The notes below the pieces were generated by a model. That model was not told the origin of the DNA, did not search any database, and saw only the letters and a program-made list of their open reading frames with translations. Both the position numbers and the translations under genes were made by a program. A stretch of 17,082 nt of DNA from Thermoproteaceae archaeon (GTDB lineage Archaea; Thermoproteota; Thermoprotei; Thermoproteales; Thermoproteaceae), in assembly GCA_020833025.1 (NCBI GenBank), contig JAJHRB010000034.1, forward strand, positions 1-17,082. The letters run 5' to 3'. Shown here piece by piece: positions 14,783 through 17,082 of this stretch. The number at the start of each line of letters is the position of its first letter. The stretch's first letter is position 1.

Positions 14783-15922
14783 GTGCGTAATGCACATGGA
14801 TCATTACGGCGCGGCTCTCTGCGCGGGAACATAATTGGGGCGGCTTTCCTTCTGCTGGCAGCGTTATCTGTCGTGGCGTGCGCGCAGAGCATCACGATTA
14901 GCAACTTCACGGCGCTGGTGGATGCAGCCAGGCCGCACTTCGTGCTGGACATAAACGGCTGCCCCGTCTATGTCTACGTAGTTAGGGATTTCGAGACGGC
15001 GAAGACCCCTCTTCTCCACACCGACGTGCCAAAGACCAGCGTGCCTGCGTCGCCCATGGACAGCGACGAGATCCTGGAGGCCTTCATAAAGGCGCTGGGG
15101 CCCCGCCTCACGGCGTACGCGACTCTTCTTAAACTGAATTGCAGTCAGGCAGACCAGTATTTCGGTTGTTGGCGTCGCGAAGACCGCACACTGGAGGTGG
15201 AAGTCCGTAACTCCGCAGAGCTGAGAAGGGCCATAGAGAGGGCTCTGGGGGCTACCCTGGCCAGAAATTACATGGAGGCAGTCGACGCCGTTGTTAAGAC
15301 GCAGAGACCGGCGGCGTATCCAGTTTACCCGGTCAAGAGACTGGAAGACGCCCAGGTTTTTCTGTTCTTCTTGGAGGGCGGAAACAGGAGCGATTTCTTC
15401 CACGTGTGGAAGCTAGTAATTGAGGCAACTCGGTGGGAGAAGGCGTTTGAGATCCTCTCGCGCATAAGAGAGGCGGCCGGCGGCAGAACCCCGCCGGCGC
15501 ATGTCTACATAGTGCCGTATTGGGCCGACGAGGAGGAAGGCAGGAGACTAGTGAGGGCGGCTGAGATTCTGGAGCGGGAGCTGGGCACGGTTAAGAAGCT
15601 TCCCAACGGCGTTGAGGGCACAATACACGTATTGCACTATGGCCACGTGGAACCCTACTTCCTCGTATTCCCCTACTCCAACGGGACGGCCCCGCCGGAT
15701 AGAGCCACGGCCGAGAGGGTGGTTAGGATGTTCGTGCAGCTGGCGGGAGTGTGCAGAAGCCCCATGATAGTGGAGTTCTGGCCGAGAACCGGCTACGAGT
15801 GGTTCACGGGGGAGCAGGACCCAGCATTTGTGTTTGCGGCCACCGCGGCTGGCGTCTCCGCCGTTGTTGCGACAGCTGTGTTTATCCTCAGGAGGCGGCT
15901 GGCGCATATGGCGCTTTGCTAG
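14783..15922 (+). CDS. Cell-surface protein with N-terminal signal peptide and C-terminal TM anchor
   Basis: Hydrophobic signal IIGAAFLLLAALSVVACA and C-terminal AFVFAATAAGVSAVVATAVFIL + RRR. TTAAAA TATA at 14752-14757 overlaps the speE stop. Confidence 0.8.
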   Translation: MRNAHGSLRRGSLRGNIIGAAFLLLAALSVVACAQSITISNFTALVDAARPHFVLDINGCPVYVYVVRDFETAKTPLLHTDVPKTSVPASPMDSDEILEAFIKALGPRLTAYATLLKLNCSQADQYFGCWRREDRTLEVEVRNSAELRRAIERALGATLARNYMEAVDAVVKTQRPAAYPVYPVKRLEDAQVFLFFLEGGNRSDFFHVWKLVIEATRWEKAFEILSRIREAAGGRTPPAHVYIVPYWADEEEGRRLVRAAEILERELGTVKKLPNGVEGTIHVLHYGHVEPYFLVFPYSNGTAPPDRATAERVVRMFVQLAGVCRSPMIVEFWPRTGYEWFTGEQDPAFVFAATAAGVSAVVATAVFILRRRLAHMALC

Positions 15923-16208
15923 AGCATGGAAATGTAAGTGCATATATCTCACCTCTGCGCCGGCGGTATGGCTGTTGGCGTTTTTCCGGTTTCCGGCTAT
16001 CTGCGGCTTCTCGGCCGGAGACGGCACCCAAGCCGGGCTGGCGCTCTCTTAATACCCACCCTCCGGCAACCCCCTCCGCCGCCGTTATGATTAGGCGGCG
16101 TCTGAGCCGCCTCAGCGCTGGCCTGGATCTGGCTGGCGGCGCGCAGAGCGCTTGGGAGAAACTAGGGTCCGGTATAGCGCCGTTACGCGGGAGGAGCTGC
16201 TGGCGGGC

Positions 16209-16227
16209 GGGGACGTCGCGCGTCCCC
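16209..16227. repeat. Perfect 7-bp hairpin at the stop codon of the chimeric ORF
   Basis: GGGGACG (16209-16215), 5-nt loop, CGTCCCC (16221-16227). Confidence 0.5.
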
Positions 16228-16700
16228 TATGCCATCTGTTGCCTCAACACGTCCTCTACCCTCCTGGCCAACTCCTCCAGCTTTTTTACTACGCCCTCCC
16301 TCTCTGCTCTCTCCCTTAAATACGCCCAGTCTAGGTGGCCCCACTGCGCCGCCATCACCGCCGCGGCGCGCTCGCAGTCCGCGGGGGAGTCCCAAAACAC
16401 GCACGCGCTGAGGCTGGTCACGATTGCGTCCTCCGGCGCCTCCACGTAGACCCTTCCGCCGCATACGTGCAGCTCCTTCACCCGGCCCAGGTAAGGGTAT
16501 CCCACGAGGTCGAGATACATGGCGCCTGGCCCCTCGTACACCCGCGCCACCCTCCTCCAGCCCGCCGCCTCGGCCATCTCGGCAAAGACCCGATGCGCCT
16601 CCTCGGGCCGGGGCGTGTCTAGCACGAAGTCTATGTCGTCTGTCCTGTAGGCGCCCCCGCTGTATAGCTCCACGGCGAATCCGCCCACGACGACCACAAA
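16227..16700 (-). CDS. Nucleotidyltransferase (MNT/DUF6036-like) portion of a chimeric ORF, native N-terminus missing
   Basis: VVVGGFAVELYSGGAYRTDDIDFV contains the GG + DxD catalytic signature of the pol-beta superfamily; C-terminal helical part LDWAYLRERAEREG. Confidence 0.7.
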   Translation of the reverse strand, partial: FVVVVGGFAVELYSGGAYRTDDIDFVLDTPRPEEAHRVFAEMAEAAGWRRVARVYEGPGAMYLDLVGYPYLGRVKELHVCGGRVYVEAPEDAIVTSLSACVFWDSPADCERAAAVMAAQWGHLDWAYLRERAEREGVVKKLEELARRVEDVLRQQMA

Positions 16701-16880
16701 AATGGCAACTATCAGCGTGTGCATCGCCGTGCAGTGCACGCAGACAGCCCTCATCACCGCCAGCTCGACGTAGGCGAGGTACGGCACCGCGGCGGCCCCC
16801 AATGCCCCCCACGCCAGGAGGAACATCGCCGCCGTTCTGCGCGGGCGCGCGAGCAGGGCGAGAGGAGACCCCGCCGAAAC
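16701..16880 (-). pseudogene. C-terminal fragment of a vitamin K epoxide reductase (VKOR) family gene, in frame with the nucleotidyltransferase
   Basis: AWGALGAAAVPYLAYVELAVMRAVCVHCTAMH matches the VKOR YL.Y.E...C.xCT..H pattern, with CxxC at 16731-16742. The N-terminal VKOR half with its loop cysteines is absent. Confidence 0.65.
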
Positions 16881-16946
16881 TTCCGGCCGACAGCGGTCGC
16901 GCCCGCTTACTGCGCCCGCATTTATGCCGCGGCCACCCGGCACCGC

Positions 16947-17082
16947 ATGGAGGCCTACAGGGCGCTTCTACTCAAGTACGACATAATGAGGCTGCCGCTT
17001 GAGATTCAGCAGAAGATCCCCGCGCTGCTGAGAGTGCAGGAGGAGTTCAGGAGGTGGGCGAGCGAGTGGGCCAAGAGCGGGG
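16947..17082 (+). mobile_element. 5' end of a probable IS200/IS605-type TnpB-like gene, truncated by the window edge
   Basis: ORF absent from the track: MEAYRALLLKYDIMRLPLEIQQKIPALLRVQEEFRRWASEWAKSG..., with TTTAT at 16921-16925. It resembles, from recall, N-termini of multicopy Thermoproteaceae TnpB/zinc-ribbon proteins. RuvC and zinc-finger motifs would lie outside the window. Confidence 0.5.

Noticed and set aside
16087-16112. ATGATTA...CTGA resembling C and D boxes
   Set aside because: Imperfect C box, short spacer and no C'/D' pair; the sequence forms a simple AGGCGGC/GCCGCCT hairpin.
15923-16208. Possible gene remnants in the gap between the surface protein and the nucleotidyltransferase
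   Set aside because: No frame gave a recognisable family; left uncalled.
16751-16757. GTGATGA on the minus strand (perfect C box)
   Set aside because: Inside coding sequence (VMR codons) with no D' or D box at the proper spacing.
87-17002. Numerous overlapping or antisense ORFs in the track (e.g. 4010..4735, 4017..4640, 5949..6542, 8745..9335, 11324..11929, 15751..16449, 16183..16812, 16424..17002)
   Set aside because: Shadows of well-supported genes in high-GC DNA; Arg/Pro/Ala/Ser-rich with no motifs.
1-17082. CRISPR array, tRNA, rRNA, SRP RNA or type T RNase P RNA
   Set aside because: No regularly spaced repeats, no cloverleaf with a T-loop, and no SRP helix 8 or RNase P P4 signature found by eye.

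Overview
GC-rich archaeal chromosome segment. Gene content, protein sequences and TATA boxes 20-27 nt upstream of start codons (leaderless style) point to Thermoproteaceae (Thermoproteus/Pyrobaculum-like); this assignment is inferred. Housekeeping genes are ilvE, a small wHTH protein, a trans-prenyltransferase, a THEP1-type NTPase, the rpl37ae-Brix-pcc1-pfdB-DUF3194-DHH block, the sdo1-rrp4-rli(ABCE1) block, a PAE2307/DUF355-like protein, an MFS transporter and speE. An unannotated C/D-box sRNA (about 2090-2146) has guides that fit tRNA G10 and possibly a wobble U34. An accessory island (about 6500-8850) sits inside the split exosome superoperon and carries a triple-frameshifted PaREP1/HEPN-like gene plus a secreted protein/membrane protein/wHTH module. 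The right end holds a membrane-anchored surface protein, a chimeric ORF (VKOR C-terminal CxxC fragment fused in frame to a nucleotidyltransferase) and the 5' end of a probable TnpB-like gene cut by the window edge. All family assignments come from motif recognition; no database search was run.
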